64,000 nt of DNA. It comes from Dehalococcoidia bacterium (GTDB lineage: Bacteria; Chloroflexota; Dehalococcoidia; UBA2979). Positions 1 to 9,125 of the stretch are shown here, in pieces (position 1 is the first letter of the stretch; the number at the start of each line of letters is the position of its first letter). The notes under the pieces were generated by a model that ran no database searches, was not told the origin of the DNA, and saw nothing but the letters and a program-made list of their open reading frames with translations. Location: contig OZ219872.1 of the NCBI GenBank assembly GCA_964291495.2, positions 384,001 through 448,000 on the forward strand, in the 5' to 3' direction. Position numbers and translations under genes: made by a program.

Positions 1-235
1 CCCCGGGGCCGATCTCCTGCGGTCCCAGGTAGATCGCGCGCCCGCCGAGGCGCTGCATCGCGACCTCGAAGGAGACGCGCGTGCGCAGCGAGGGCTTCTC
101 GAAGACGAGCGCCAGCGACTGGCCCGCGAGCACGGGCCCGCAGCCGTCGCGCTTGATCGCGAGCGCCGCGTCGAGCAGATCGCCGAGTTCCCCCGGCGAG
201 AGATCGAGGATCGAGGAAAGATGGCGGGGAGTCAC
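1..235 (-). CDS. argF: Ornithine carbamoyltransferase, N-terminal part (runs off window)
   Basis: Not in the ORF track. Manual translation from GTG at 235 gives VTPRHLSSILDLSPGEL...SLALVFEKPSLRTRVSFEVAMQRLGGRAIYL, with the carbamoyl-phosphate-binding SxRT motif. AGGAG SD upstream. Confidence 0.9.
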   Translation of the reverse strand, partial: MTPRHLSSILDLSPGELGDLLDAALAIKRDGCGPVLAGQSLALVFEKPSLRTRVSFEVAMQRLGGRAIYLGPQEIGPG

Positions 236-362
236 CGCTAGCTCCTGCGTTCCGTGGTTCGGTGTGTCGGCTGCCATCCAGTATATGCCGTCAGGCAGGC
301 CAAACTGTATGCCGCGATATACCGCGAACGGGCAAGCCGCGCCGGGCAGGCCTCGCGGGGTC

Positions 363-1691
363 TCAGGCCCCGCCGTCGCCGGGGAACGCCGGGGGCGGGA
401 GCAGGTCGGCGACGGCGCTCGCCAGCTCCAGCAGCGACTGGTCGCCGCCGTGCCGGCCGACGAACTGGACGCCGACCGGCAGGCCGCCCTCGCCCGCCCC
501 GGCCGGGAGGGCGACGCAGGGCAGCCGCAGCAGCGTCCAGACGCGGTTGCAGAGCGGGTCGCCCGTCGTGGCGATGCCGGCCGGGGCTTCGCCGGGCGCG
601 CTCGGCGTAAGGAAGGCGTCGAACCCGGCGAACGTCTCGCTGACCGCGGCGCGGCAGTGCAGGGCCAGCGACTCGGCCTCGCTGCGCTCGGCGGCCCCGA
701 GGGCGCGCCCGTCCTCGACGAGCTCGCGCAGCGCGGGGCTGAGTCCGTCGGGCGAGTCGCGGTACTCGTTCGCGAACGCGCTCACCGCGCCGGCGGCGAC
801 GATCACGTCCCAGGCATCGCCCAGGCCGTCGCACTCCGCGGGAAGATCGAGGTCGGAGACCTGCCCGCCGGCCGTGGCGATTGCCGCCGCCGTCTCCTCC
901 ACGGCGCGCTGTCCGGCCGCCGAGACGCGCCCCCACTCCGGCGTGCGGACGACGCCGATGCGCAACGGTTGCGAGGGCGGATCGAGCGCCGCCGACTGCG
1001 TGGTGCTGAGCACCGCGCCGACGAGCGCGAGGTCCTCGATGCTGCGTGCGAACCAGCCGACGGTGTCGAGCGCCGTGGCGAGGGGGTGGACGCCGTCGCT
1101 GTTCACGAATCCGTAGGTGGGCTTGAAGGCGAAGATGCCGCAGAACGCCCCCGGCCGAATCGTCGAGCCGCCGGTCTGGGAGCCGAGGGCGATCGGGGCC
1201 ATGCCGTCGGCGACCGCCGCAGCGGACCCGCTCGACGATCCGCCCGGCGTGTGCTCGGGCTGGTGCGGGTTCCTCGTCGGGCCGGGCGTGCGGAAGGCGA
1301 ACTCGGTGGTGACGGTCTTGCCGAGGACCAGCGCCCCGGCTTCCCGCAGCGCGGCGACGGCGCCGCTGTCGCGCGCGGGCTGGTGGCCCTCGTAGAGCGG
1401 CGAGCCGTACCCGGTCGGCAACTCGGCGGTGTCGAAGATGTCCTTCACGCCAAACGGCACACCATGCAGCGGTCCGGCAGGCGTGGCTGCGTCGGCCGCC
1501 CGGGCGCGCTCGAGCGCGTCGTCCGGAGCGATGGCGGCCCAGGCGCGGATCAGCGGTTCACGCTCCTCGATGCGCGCGAGGCAGGCGCGGACGAGCGCCT
1601 CCGAGGTCAGGGAGCCCTCGGCGATGCGGCGCGCGGCCTCGCAGGCGGTGAGGCGGGCGGGGTCGCTGGCGTGTGCGTCCGGGGCGGTCAC
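363..1691 (-). CDS. Amidase signature family protein
   Basis: PFGVKD, GGSSSGSAAAVA and GSQTGGSTIRP motifs. GTG at 1691 follows GGAGGAG. Confidence 0.9.
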   Translation of the reverse strand: MTAPDAHASDPARLTACEAARRIAEGSLTSEALVRACLARIEEREPLIRAWAAIAPDDALERARAADAATPAGPLHGVPFGVKDIFDTAELPTGYGSPLYEGHQPARDSGAVAALREAGALVLGKTVTTEFAFRTPGPTRNPHQPEHTPGGSSSGSAAAVADGMAPIALGSQTGGSTIRPGAFCGIFAFKPTYGFVNSDGVHPLATALDTVGWFARSIEDLALVGAVLSTTQSAALDPPSQPLRIGVVRTPEWGRVSAAGQRAVEETAAAIATAGGQVSDLDLPAECDGLGDAWDVIVAAGAVSAFANEYRDSPDGLSPALRELVEDGRALGAAERSEAESLALHCRAAVSETFAGFDAFLTPSAPGEAPAGIATTGDPLCNRVWTLLRLPCVALPAGAGEGGLPVGVQFVGRHGGDQSLLELASAVADLLPPPAFPGDGGA

Positions 1692-1793
1692 GGGGCTGGT
1701 CTCCTCCACTGCAACGCTCGCGCTATGCTACGCGCCGCCGCGTCCTGCAGGCAGGCGCGCGTGGCATCAGGGACGCAGCGGAGGGGATGAACC

Positions 1794-2090
1794 ATGGCCC
1801 AACGGCGGATCCCGCGCCCGTTCAATCTGCTCTGGGGCGGCGGCAGGATCGTCGAGGAGGCGTCGATCGAAGGCGGCCTCCATGCGCCCTCGCTGCAACT
1901 GATGCGCTACGAGACCGGCGAGAAGGCGGGCCAGATGGCGATCCGCTTCGCCGCCTACGACCCCGAGGGCGAGCTCGAACGGCGCTCCCTGATCATCAAT
2001 GAGCGTGAGCTGCGGCCGCTTCGCAAGGAGCTCGATCGGACGCCGCGGCTGAAGGCGCTGCTGCGACAGTTGCTCGAGGACGACGAGTAG
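1794..2090 (+). CDS. Hypothetical protein (98 aa), first gene of the comEA-comEC-rph run
   Basis: Host-like codon usage, GGAGG upstream, fills the gap before comEA. Confidence 0.75.
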   Translation: MAQRRIPRPFNLLWGGGRIVEEASIEGGLHAPSLQLMRYETGEKAGQMAIRFAAYDPEGELERRSLIINERELRPLRKELDRTPRLKALLRQLLEDDE

Positions 2091-2107
2091 CCGGCGCACT
2101 CCCGCGC

Positions 2108-2656
2108 GTGTCGCACCTCCACCGGCTTCGCGGGCTGCCCGGCGCGCGTACCGCCCTCCAGATCGCGCTCGGTCTTGCGATCGTCGGGGCGCTCGCCGTC
2201 CTCGCGCTGCGGGCGGACGAGCCGCGCGGCATCGAGATCGAGCGGCGCGACCCGGCGCCGGGCATCGACGAGATCCGCGTCGCCGTCTCGGGGGCGGTGT
2301 TGCAGCCGCAGGTGGTCGTGGCCTCGCCGGGTGACCGCGTGAGCGACGCGATCGCCCTCGCGGGCGGGCTCGCCCCGGACGCCGACACGGCCCCGCTGAA
2401 CCTCTCGCGCCGCATCGTCGACGAGGACGTGGTGCGCGTCCCGCGACTCGGCGAGGCCGCCGCGCTGCTCGACGTGAACAGCGCCACGCGCGCGGACCTC
2501 GAGGCGCTCCCCGGCATCGGCGCCGCCTACGCGGCGGCGATCGTCGCGGAGCGCGAGCGCGCCGGGCCGTACGAGACGACGGACGACCTCCCCGCGCGCG
2601 GCGCGATCCCGGAGCACATCTACGAGGGCATCCGCGACATGGTCACGGCGCGATGA
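2108..2656 (+). CDS. comEA: Competence DNA receptor ComEA (TM anchor, SLBB, helix-hairpin-helix)
   Basis: VAVSGAVLQP..GDRVSDAIALAGG (SLBB) and DVNSAT..LEALPGIG (HhH). ATGA overlap with comEC. Confidence 0.9.
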   Translation: MSHLHRLRGLPGARTALQIALGLAIVGALAVLALRADEPRGIEIERRDPAPGIDEIRVAVSGAVLQPQVVVASPGDRVSDAIALAGGLAPDADTAPLNLSRRIVDEDVVRVPRLGEAAALLDVNSATRADLEALPGIGAAYAAAIVAERERAGPYETTDDLPARGAIPEHIYEGIRDMVTAR

Positions 2657-4971
2657 CGGAGCGCCTTCCCGCCCTGCCGCTGGCGGCGGCGGCGTTCATC
2701 GCCGGCTCCGCCGCGGGCGTGCTGGTCGGCGGACCGTGGACGCTGATGCTGCTGGCGGCCCTTGCCGCCGCCGCGGCCGCCGCGCTGCTGTACCGTGGAC
2801 GAGGCGGCTACACCCGCGCGCTGCTGGTGCTGCTCGCCGTCGCCGCGCTCGCCGCAGCCGGCCACGCGCGCGGCAGCGAGGCCGACGCGAGGCCTCCGCC
2901 GCCCCTCGCCAGCCTCGAGGGCGTGCACGAGATCGGCGGCGTGGTGCGATCGGACCCGCGGGTGTCGGGCGCGATCACCCGCCTCGATCTGCGTGTCGAC
3001 TCGATCGACGGCGCGGCGGCCGAGGGCGGCCTGCGGCTCACGCTGCCGGCGCCGCGGCAGCCGCTGCGGGCAGGCGACCGCATTGCGGCGACGGTGGAGG
3101 TGGAGCGCCCCGGCGCCTTCGAGGAGTTCGACTACGCGGCGTTCCTGCGCAGCCGCGGCATCCACGCCGTCGCCGCGTACCCGGAGCGCTGGGCGCTGGT
3201 CGAGCGCGACGCCGAGCACGCCGTCGTCGACGCGCTGCGCGCCTTGCGGCGCTGGGCGCTCGGCAACATCGAGCGCGCCTTGCCGGAACCGGAGGCGTCG
3301 TTGGCGGCGGGCATGCTGCTCGGTCGGCAGCGCACGATGCCGGCGGCGCTGGAGGAGGATCTGCGCCGAACCGGCACGACACACCTGCTGGTGGTCTCAG
3401 GGCAGAACATCGCGCTGCTCCTCGGGACGGCCGTGGGGCTGCTGAGCGCGATCGTCGCAAGGCGGCAGGCGGCGCTGATCGCGCTCGCGCTGCTGCCCGG
3501 CTACGTGGTGCTCACCGGAGCGGAGCCGCCGGTGGTGCGCGCGGCGATCATGGCCGTCGGCATCGCGATCGCCGCGCTCTCGGGGAGGCGCACGCCCGCC
3601 TGGATCTACCTCCTCTACGCGCTCGCGCTGATGCTCGCGCTGCGGCCGCTGCTGATCCGCGACGTCGCCTTCCAGCTGAGCGCGACGGCGACCGCCGGGG
3701 TGCTGCTGCTCGCGCCGCCGCTGCGCGACCGCGCCCTCGCGCGCATCGGCGCCGCGCCGTCCGGCCTCGCGGCCGGATTCGTCGAGGGCGCCGCGGTCGC
3801 CGTCGGGGCCTCACTCACGGTGCTGCCGGTGCAGGCCGCGGCCTTCGGAACGCTGCCGTTGCTGCAGGCGCCCGCCAACGTCGTGGTCGCGCCGCTGTAC
3901 GAGGCGACCGTGCTGGTCGCCGTGCTCGCGGCGCTGCTCGGCTGGCTCGATCCCGTCGCGCGGCTTGTCGAGGTCGCCGGGGTGTTCGCGCCCGCGGCGT
4001 TCGTCGCCGCCGTCGAGGCGATGGCTGCGCTGCCCCTCGCGACGGTGGAGCTGCGTCCGCCGCCGCTCGCGGCCGCGGGCTGGTTCGCGCTGCTGGCAGG
4101 CCTCATCTGGCTGCTCAACCGCCGGGCGACGCAGATCTCGCTGCCCGGGCAGCGAGCGCGCCTCGCGGCGCCGGTCGCGCTCGCGACGGCCGCCGCGGGG
4201 CTCTGGCTGGCGGTGCTCGCGCCCTCGGACGGCCTCGCGAGCGTGACCGTGCTCGACGTCGGACAGGGGTCGGCGATCCTCGTGAGCGACGGCGGCGCTG
4301 CCGTGCTGGTGGACACGGGGCCGTCGGACGGCGCGGTGCTGACCGCGCTGCCGCGCGCCCTCGAGGGCCGCAGCCTCGACGCCGTGCTGCTCACGCACGG
4401 CGACAGCGACCACGCGGGCGGGCTCGCCGAGCTGCGGAGGCGCCTCCGCATCGGCGTGCTGGTCGGCAGCGAGGAGGCGCTCGCCACCGTCGCCCCGGAG
4501 GGCGGCTCGCTGGAGACACAGCCGCTCGACATCGGCGACCGCATCCGGCTCAGCGAGCGGACCTCGATCGAGGTGCTCTCGCCGCCGCTCGTCACGGCCG
4601 GACGTGCGCACCGCAGCGCCAACAACCGCTCGCTGGTGCTGCTCGTGACGATTGGCGAGCGCCGCATCCTGCTGCCCGCGGACATCGAGGCGCCCGCCGA
4701 GCAGTGGCTGGCCTCGAGCGGTCTCGACCTGCGCGCGGACGCGCTCGTGTTGCCGCACCACGGCTCGCGCACCTCGTCGAGCGCGGCCTTCCTCGATGCG
4801 GTCGATCCGAGCCTCGCGATCGTTTCGGTCGGTGCGCGCAACGCGCACGGCCATCCGCACCCGGAGGTGGTCGCGCGCTACGCGGGGATCGCGCTCTACC
4901 GCACCGACGAGCACGGCGACGTGACGCTGCGCTCCGACGGCGATCGGCTCTGGGTACGGAGCTCGCGCTAA
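2653..4971 (+). CDS. comEC: DNA uptake channel ComEC/Rec2
   Basis: GTTHLLVVSGQN competence domain, many TM segments, MBL domain (LDVGQG, THGDSDHAGG, HHGS, GHPH). Confidence 0.93.
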   Translation: MTERLPALPLAAAAFIAGSAAGVLVGGPWTLMLLAALAAAAAAALLYRGRGGYTRALLVLLAVAALAAAGHARGSEADARPPPPLASLEGVHEIGGVVRSDPRVSGAITRLDLRVDSIDGAAAEGGLRLTLPAPRQPLRAGDRIAATVEVERPGAFEEFDYAAFLRSRGIHAVAAYPERWALVERDAEHAVVDALRALRRWALGNIERALPEPEASLAAGMLLGRQRTMPAALEEDLRRTGTTHLLVVSGQNIALLLGTAVGLLSAIVARRQAALIALALLPGYVVLTGAEPPVVRAAIMAVGIAIAALSGRRTPAWIYLLYALALMLALRPLLIRDVAFQLSATATAGVLLLAPPLRDRALARIGAAPSGLAAGFVEGAAVAVGASLTVLPVQAAAFGTLPLLQAPANVVVAPLYEATVLVAVLAALLGWLDPVARLVEVAGVFAPAAFVAAVEAMAALPLATVELRPPPLAAAGWFALLAGLIWLLNRRATQISLPGQRARLAAPVALATAAAGLWLAVLAPSDGLASVTVLDVGQGSAILVSDGGAAVLVDTGPSDGAVLTALPRALEGRSLDAVLLTHGDSDHAGGLAELRRRLRIGVLVGSEEALATVAPEGGSLETQPLDIGDRIRLSERTSIEVLSPPLVTAGRAHRSANNRSLVLLVTIGERRILLPADIEAPAEQWLASSGLDLRADALVLPHHGSRTSSSAAFLDAVDPSLAIVSVGARNAHGHPHPEVVARYAGIALYRTDEHGDVTLRSDGDRLWVRSSR

Positions 4972-5015
4972 TCGCGTGCTAGGGTGATCGCGCGGGCAAC
5001 GAGCGGGGGCCAGGA

Positions 5016-5756
5016 ATGGTCAGTCGGCGGCACGGGCGCGGCCTCGAGGAGCTGCGGGCGCTCACGATCGAGACCGGCGTGCTGCGGCACGCCGAGGGCT
5101 CCGCGCTGATCTCGATGGGCGATACGCGCGTGCTCTGCGCCGCCAGCGTCGAGCCGGGCGTGCCGCGCTGGCTGCGCGGCGCCGGCTCCGGCTGGGTGAC
5201 CGCGGAGTACGGGATGCTGCCGCGCGCGACGCACACCCGCGGCCGCCGCGAGGCGCGCGAGGGCCGGCAGAGCGGGCGCTCGCAGGAGATCCAGCGCCTG
5301 ATCGGCCGCTCGCTGCGCGCGGCGCTCGACCTCGACCGGCTCGGCGAGCAGACGATCACCGTCGACTGCGACGTGATCCAGGCCGACGGCGGCACCCGCT
5401 GCGCGGCGGTCACCGGCGGCTGGGTCGCGCTCGCGCTGGCGGTCGACTGGCTCGACCGCGGCGGCGCGATCGCCGCCTCGCCGCTGACGACGCAGGTCGC
5501 GGCGATCTCGGTCGGCCTGAGCGGCGGCATGGCGCTGCTCGACCTCGACTACGACGAGGATTCGAGCGCGGAGACCGACTTCAACGTCGTGCAGCTCGGC
5601 ACCGGCAAGCTCGTCGAGGTGCAGGGTACGGCCGAGCGCGCGCCGTTCTCTCGAGGCGACCTCGATCGCGTCGTGGCCGTCGCCACGGCGGGCATCGCGG
5701 AGCTGTTCGAGGCGCAGCGCGAGGCGGTCGCCGCGGAGCGCGCGGCCCGGCGCTGA
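5016..5756 (+). CDS. rph: Ribonuclease PH
   Basis: [38 protein letters not shown] motifs. Confidence 0.96.
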   Translation: MVSRRHGRGLEELRALTIETGVLRHAEGSALISMGDTRVLCAASVEPGVPRWLRGAGSGWVTAEYGMLPRATHTRGRREAREGRQSGRSQEIQRLIGRSLRAALDLDRLGEQTITVDCDVIQADGGTRCAAVTGGWVALALAVDWLDRGGAIAASPLTTQVAAISVGLSGGMALLDLDYDEDSSAETDFNVVQLGTGKLVEVQGTAERAPFSRGDLDRVVAVATAGIAELFEAQREAVAAERAARR

Positions 5757-5760
5757 GTCG

Positions 5761-6120
5761 CTACCAGAAGCCGCCCGGGTTCACGTAGTCGCCGAGGAAC
5801 GTGCCGCCCAGCACGTGGATGTGCGCGTGCTCCTGCGACTGCTTGGCCTCCCAGCCGGCGTTCGAGACCAGCCGGTAGCCGTTCGGGCAGTGCTCGCGCC
5901 CCACTTCCGAGGCGATGCGCCCCACCTCGGCGAGCAGGTCGCTCTCCCAGAGCTGCGCCTGGGTCATGTGCTCCTTGGGAACGGCGAGCAGCATGACCGG
6001 CACCCAGCGCAGCTGGTTGCGGAAGACGATCACGCGCTCGGAGTCGTGGAGCACGTCGGCCGGGGCCTGGCCGGCGATGATCCGGCAGAAGATGCAGTAG
6101 CGCTCGAATGTGATCGGCAA
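5761..6120 (-). CDS. HIT family nucleotide hydrolase
   Basis: CIFCRII and HAHIHVLGG histidine triad. TTG start. Confidence 0.9.
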   Translation of the reverse strand: MPITFERYCIFCRIIAGQAPADVLHDSERVIVFRNQLRWVPVMLLAVPKEHMTQAQLWESDLLAEVGRIASEVGREHCPNGYRLVSNAGWEAKQSQEHAHIHVLGGTFLGDYVNPGGFW

Positions 6121-6209
6121 TACCTTCCACGCGACCGGCGAACGCTCCGCCGCAGCCTAACCGCGGCCCGCCGGGAGCGGCTACCCCGGCGCCAGCGAGG
6201 AGACCAGCC

Positions 6210-7508
6210 ATCGTCGAGATCGCCCCGTTCCGCGGGCTCCGCTACGACCCCTCGCGCGTGAACCCGAACGCCGTGATCGCCCCGCCCTACGACGTGGTCG
6301 ACGAGGACGAGGTGGCCGCGCTGCACGCCAGCTCGCCATACAACATCGGCCGCGTCGAGGCGCCTCGGGGCGGCAACGAGCGCTTCGAGGCGGCGGCGGC
6401 GGCGCTGCGCGCCTGGGAGGCCGAGGGCGTGCTGCTGCGCGACCCCGCGCCCGTCCTCTACGCCTACGAGCAGCGCACGCGCATCGAGGGCGACGACGGC
6501 CCGCGCCGCGTACGGCGCGGCTACTTCGCGCGGCTGCGCCTGACCCCCTACGAGGACGGCGAGGTGCTGCCGCACGAGCGCACGATGGCCGCACCGAAGG
6601 CCGAGCGGCTGGCGCTGATGGAGGCGACGCAGGCCAACGTGAGCCCGATCCTCGTGATCTCCGGCGCGGACGCGGACGCCGTGACGCTGCTCGACGAGGT
6701 CGCCGCGCGCGAGCCTGCCTTCGCCGCCACGGACGGACGCGGCGACGAGCATCGCCTCTGGGTGATCGACGATCCCTCGCAGATCGCCAGGCTCGTCGAG
6801 GCTGCCGCGGCTGCGCCCGTCACGATCGCCGACGGCCACCACCGCTACGAGACGGCGCTCGAACACCTCGAAGGCCTCGACGAGGAGGGGCGGCGCTGGA
6901 TGCTCGCCTGCCTCGTGCCCGCGAACGCCCCGGGCCTCGACATCTTCCCCACGCACCGGCTCGTACCCCAGGTGGAGGTGACGGACGCCCTCGTCGCGCG
7001 GCTCGCGGCCCTCTACGAGGTCGAGCCGCTCGCGACGCGCGCCCCGCATCCCGCCGACCCGCTGGACCGCGGTGCGGTGCGGCGGCTCTGGGAGACCGTG
7101 CAGGCGGAGGCGTCGCGGCCCGGCACATTCGGCGTGATCGGGCTACCGGGCGGCGGGCTGCACCTGCTGCGCCCACGTTCGCCCGAGGAGATCGACGCGC
7201 TGATGCCCGCCGACTGGTCCGAGGCGTCACGCGCCCTCGACGCGCAGATCCTCAACCAGACGATCCTCGAGCCGCTGCTCCGCATCGACGCCGCGGAGCT
7301 CCGCGCCGGGCGAGTGCAGTTCAGCGAGGACGCCGGACACGCCTGGGAGTGGGTGCGGGGCGAGCCGGGCCGCCTCGCCTTCCTCGTCAATCCGCCGAGC
7401 GTCGAGCGGGTCGTCGCGATGGCGAGCGCCGGCGGGGTGATGCCGCAGAAGGCGACCTACTTCTACCCGAAGCTGGCGACCGGGATCGTCCTCAACCGCC
7501 TCGATTGA
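6210..7508 (+). CDS. DUF1015 family protein (ParB/Srx-like motif), probable ATC start
   Basis: IAPPYDV, VLPHERT, IADGHHRYETA, MPQKATYFYPKL. The family N-terminus (x)VEIAPFRGLRYD begins at ATC 6210, 7 nt after GAGGAG. Confidence 0.88.
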   Translation: MVEIAPFRGLRYDPSRVNPNAVIAPPYDVVDEDEVAALHASSPYNIGRVEAPRGGNERFEAAAAALRAWEAEGVLLRDPAPVLYAYEQRTRIEGDDGPRRVRRGYFARLRLTPYEDGEVLPHERTMAAPKAERLALMEATQANVSPILVISGADADAVTLLDEVAAREPAFAATDGRGDEHRLWVIDDPSQIARLVEAAAAAPVTIADGHHRYETALEHLEGLDEEGRRWMLACLVPANAPGLDIFPTHRLVPQVEVTDALVARLAALYEVEPLATRAPHPADPLDRGAVRRLWETVQAEASRPGTFGVIGLPGGGLHLLRPRSPEEIDALMPADWSEASRALDAQILNQTILEPLLRIDAAELRAGRVQFSEDAGHAWEWVRGEPGRLAFLVNPPSVERVVAMASAGGVMPQKATYFYPKLATGIVLNRLD

Positions 7509-7517
7509 GCCTCGAGG

Positions 7518-9098
7518 CTAGGTGAGGTTGATCAGTCGCACGCCATAGATCGCGTCGAGCGTCTCGAGGGCGGCGCGCTCGGAGGGTGTCAGCGGGCGGT
7601 CGATGCCGAGCACCATCAGCGCCCGGCCCTCCTCGCCGCTGGCGACTGACATGAAGTTGATGTTGATCGACCAGTCGCCGAGCAGGCTGCCGACGCGTCC
7701 GACCATGCCCGGCCGGTCCACGTTCTCCACCGCGAGCACGTAGGGCGCCGCGCCGGACAGGAACTCGACCTCGAAGCCGTCGATGCCGACGATGCGCACG
7801 CCGGCCTGCGTGTGCGTGGCGGCGACGGCGGTGGAACCACTGTCCGCGATCACGCGCACGACCACGAGGTTGGCGTAGGGCTCACGCGCCGCGCCGCGAT
7901 CCTCGACGATGGCGAGCCCGTGCTGCCGCGCCTCTTGGTCGGCGTTCACGATCGTGACCTTGCCGTCTGAGACGGGCTCCAGTACGCCGACGATCGCGGC
8001 GGCTCGCAGCGGACCCAGCTCGTGGTTCGCGATCTCGCCGAGGTAATCGATGCGCAGCTGCGCGAGCTGCCCGCCCTGCAATTGGGAGGCGACGCTGGCG
8101 GCCACCTCGGCGGCGTCGAGGTAGGGCCCGATGATCGCCATCGTCTCCGGGTCGACCAGCGGCGCGTTGACCGCGAAGCGGGCGGGCCGCCCCGCCAGCA
8201 CCGCCAGCACCTCGTCGACGACCTCGACGGCGGCGCGGTCTTGCGCCTCGGCCGTCGAGGCGGCGAGGTGCGGCGTCACGACCACGCCGTCCGTGGCCGT
8301 GAGCACGTTGCCGATCGCGGGCTCCTCGCTGAAGACGTCGATGGCGGCGCCCGCGATCACGCCGCCCTCGACGGCCTCGTGCAGCGCCTGCTCGTCCACG
8401 AGGGCGCCGCGCGCGGTGTTCACGAGGTAGGCGCCGGGCTTCATGCGCGCCAGCTGCTCGCTGCCGATCAGGCCGCGCGTGCCCTCGTGCAGCGCGGTGT
8501 GCAGCGTCACGAAGTCGGCCTGCTCCAGCAGCTCGTCGAGCGAGACGAGCTCGACGCCGATCGAGGCGGCGCGCTCGCTGGAGACGAACGGGTCGTGGGC
8601 GATGACGCGCATCTCGAAGGCGCGCGCGCGCGCGGCGACGCCCGAGCCGATGCGCCCGAGGCCCACCACGCCGAGCGCGTGCCCGGCCAGCTCGACGCCC
8701 TGCAGCCTGCTGCGCTCCCAGCGGCCCTCGCGCAGCGAGGCGTGGCCCTGCGGCACGTTGCGCGCGACGGCGAGCAGCATCGCGAAGGCGTGCTCGATGG
8801 CGGACATGGTGTTGGACAGGGGCGCGTTGACGACGACGACGCCGCGCGCCGTCGCCGCATCGAGGTCGATGTTGTCGACGCCGACCCCGGCGCGGCCGAT
8901 CACCGTGAGCTGCGGGGCGGCCTCGATGATGCGTTCCGTGACCTGAGTCTGGCTGCGCACGATGATGCCGGCGACGTCGGCGACGGCCTCGACGAGTTCG
9001 TCCTCGCTCAGGCCGGTGCGGACGATCGCGTCGTGGCGTTCCTGCAGGCGCTCGATGCCCTGTTCGGCGATCTGATCGGCGACGAGGACGGTCGCCAT
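7518..9098 (-). CDS. serA: D-3-phosphoglycerate dehydrogenase (long form with ASB and ACT domains)
   Basis: GRAGVGVDNID, GLGRIG, VNTARG, TPHLAAST, C-terminal DRPGMVG ACT domain. Confidence 0.95.
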   Translation of the reverse strand: MATVLVADQIAEQGIERLQERHDAIVRTGLSEDELVEAVADVAGIIVRSQTQVTERIIEAAPQLTVIGRAGVGVDNIDLDAATARGVVVVNAPLSNTMSAIEHAFAMLLAVARNVPQGHASLREGRWERSRLQGVELAGHALGVVGLGRIGSGVAARARAFEMRVIAHDPFVSSERAASIGVELVSLDELLEQADFVTLHTALHEGTRGLIGSEQLARMKPGAYLVNTARGALVDEQALHEAVEGGVIAGAAIDVFSEEPAIGNVLTATDGVVVTPHLAASTAEAQDRAAVEVVDEVLAVLAGRPARFAVNAPLVDPETMAIIGPYLDAAEVAASVASQLQGGQLAQLRIDYLGEIANHELGPLRAAAIVGVLEPVSDGKVTIVNADQEARQHGLAIVEDRGAAREPYANLVVVRVIADSGSTAVAATHTQAGVRIVGIDGFEVEFLSGAAPYVLAVENVDRPGMVGRVGSLLGDWSININFMSVASGEEGRALMVLGIDRPLTPSERAALETLDAIYGVRLINLT

Positions 9099-9125
9099 CG
9101 AGCGGCCTCCCGTTGCGTCCGCGCC

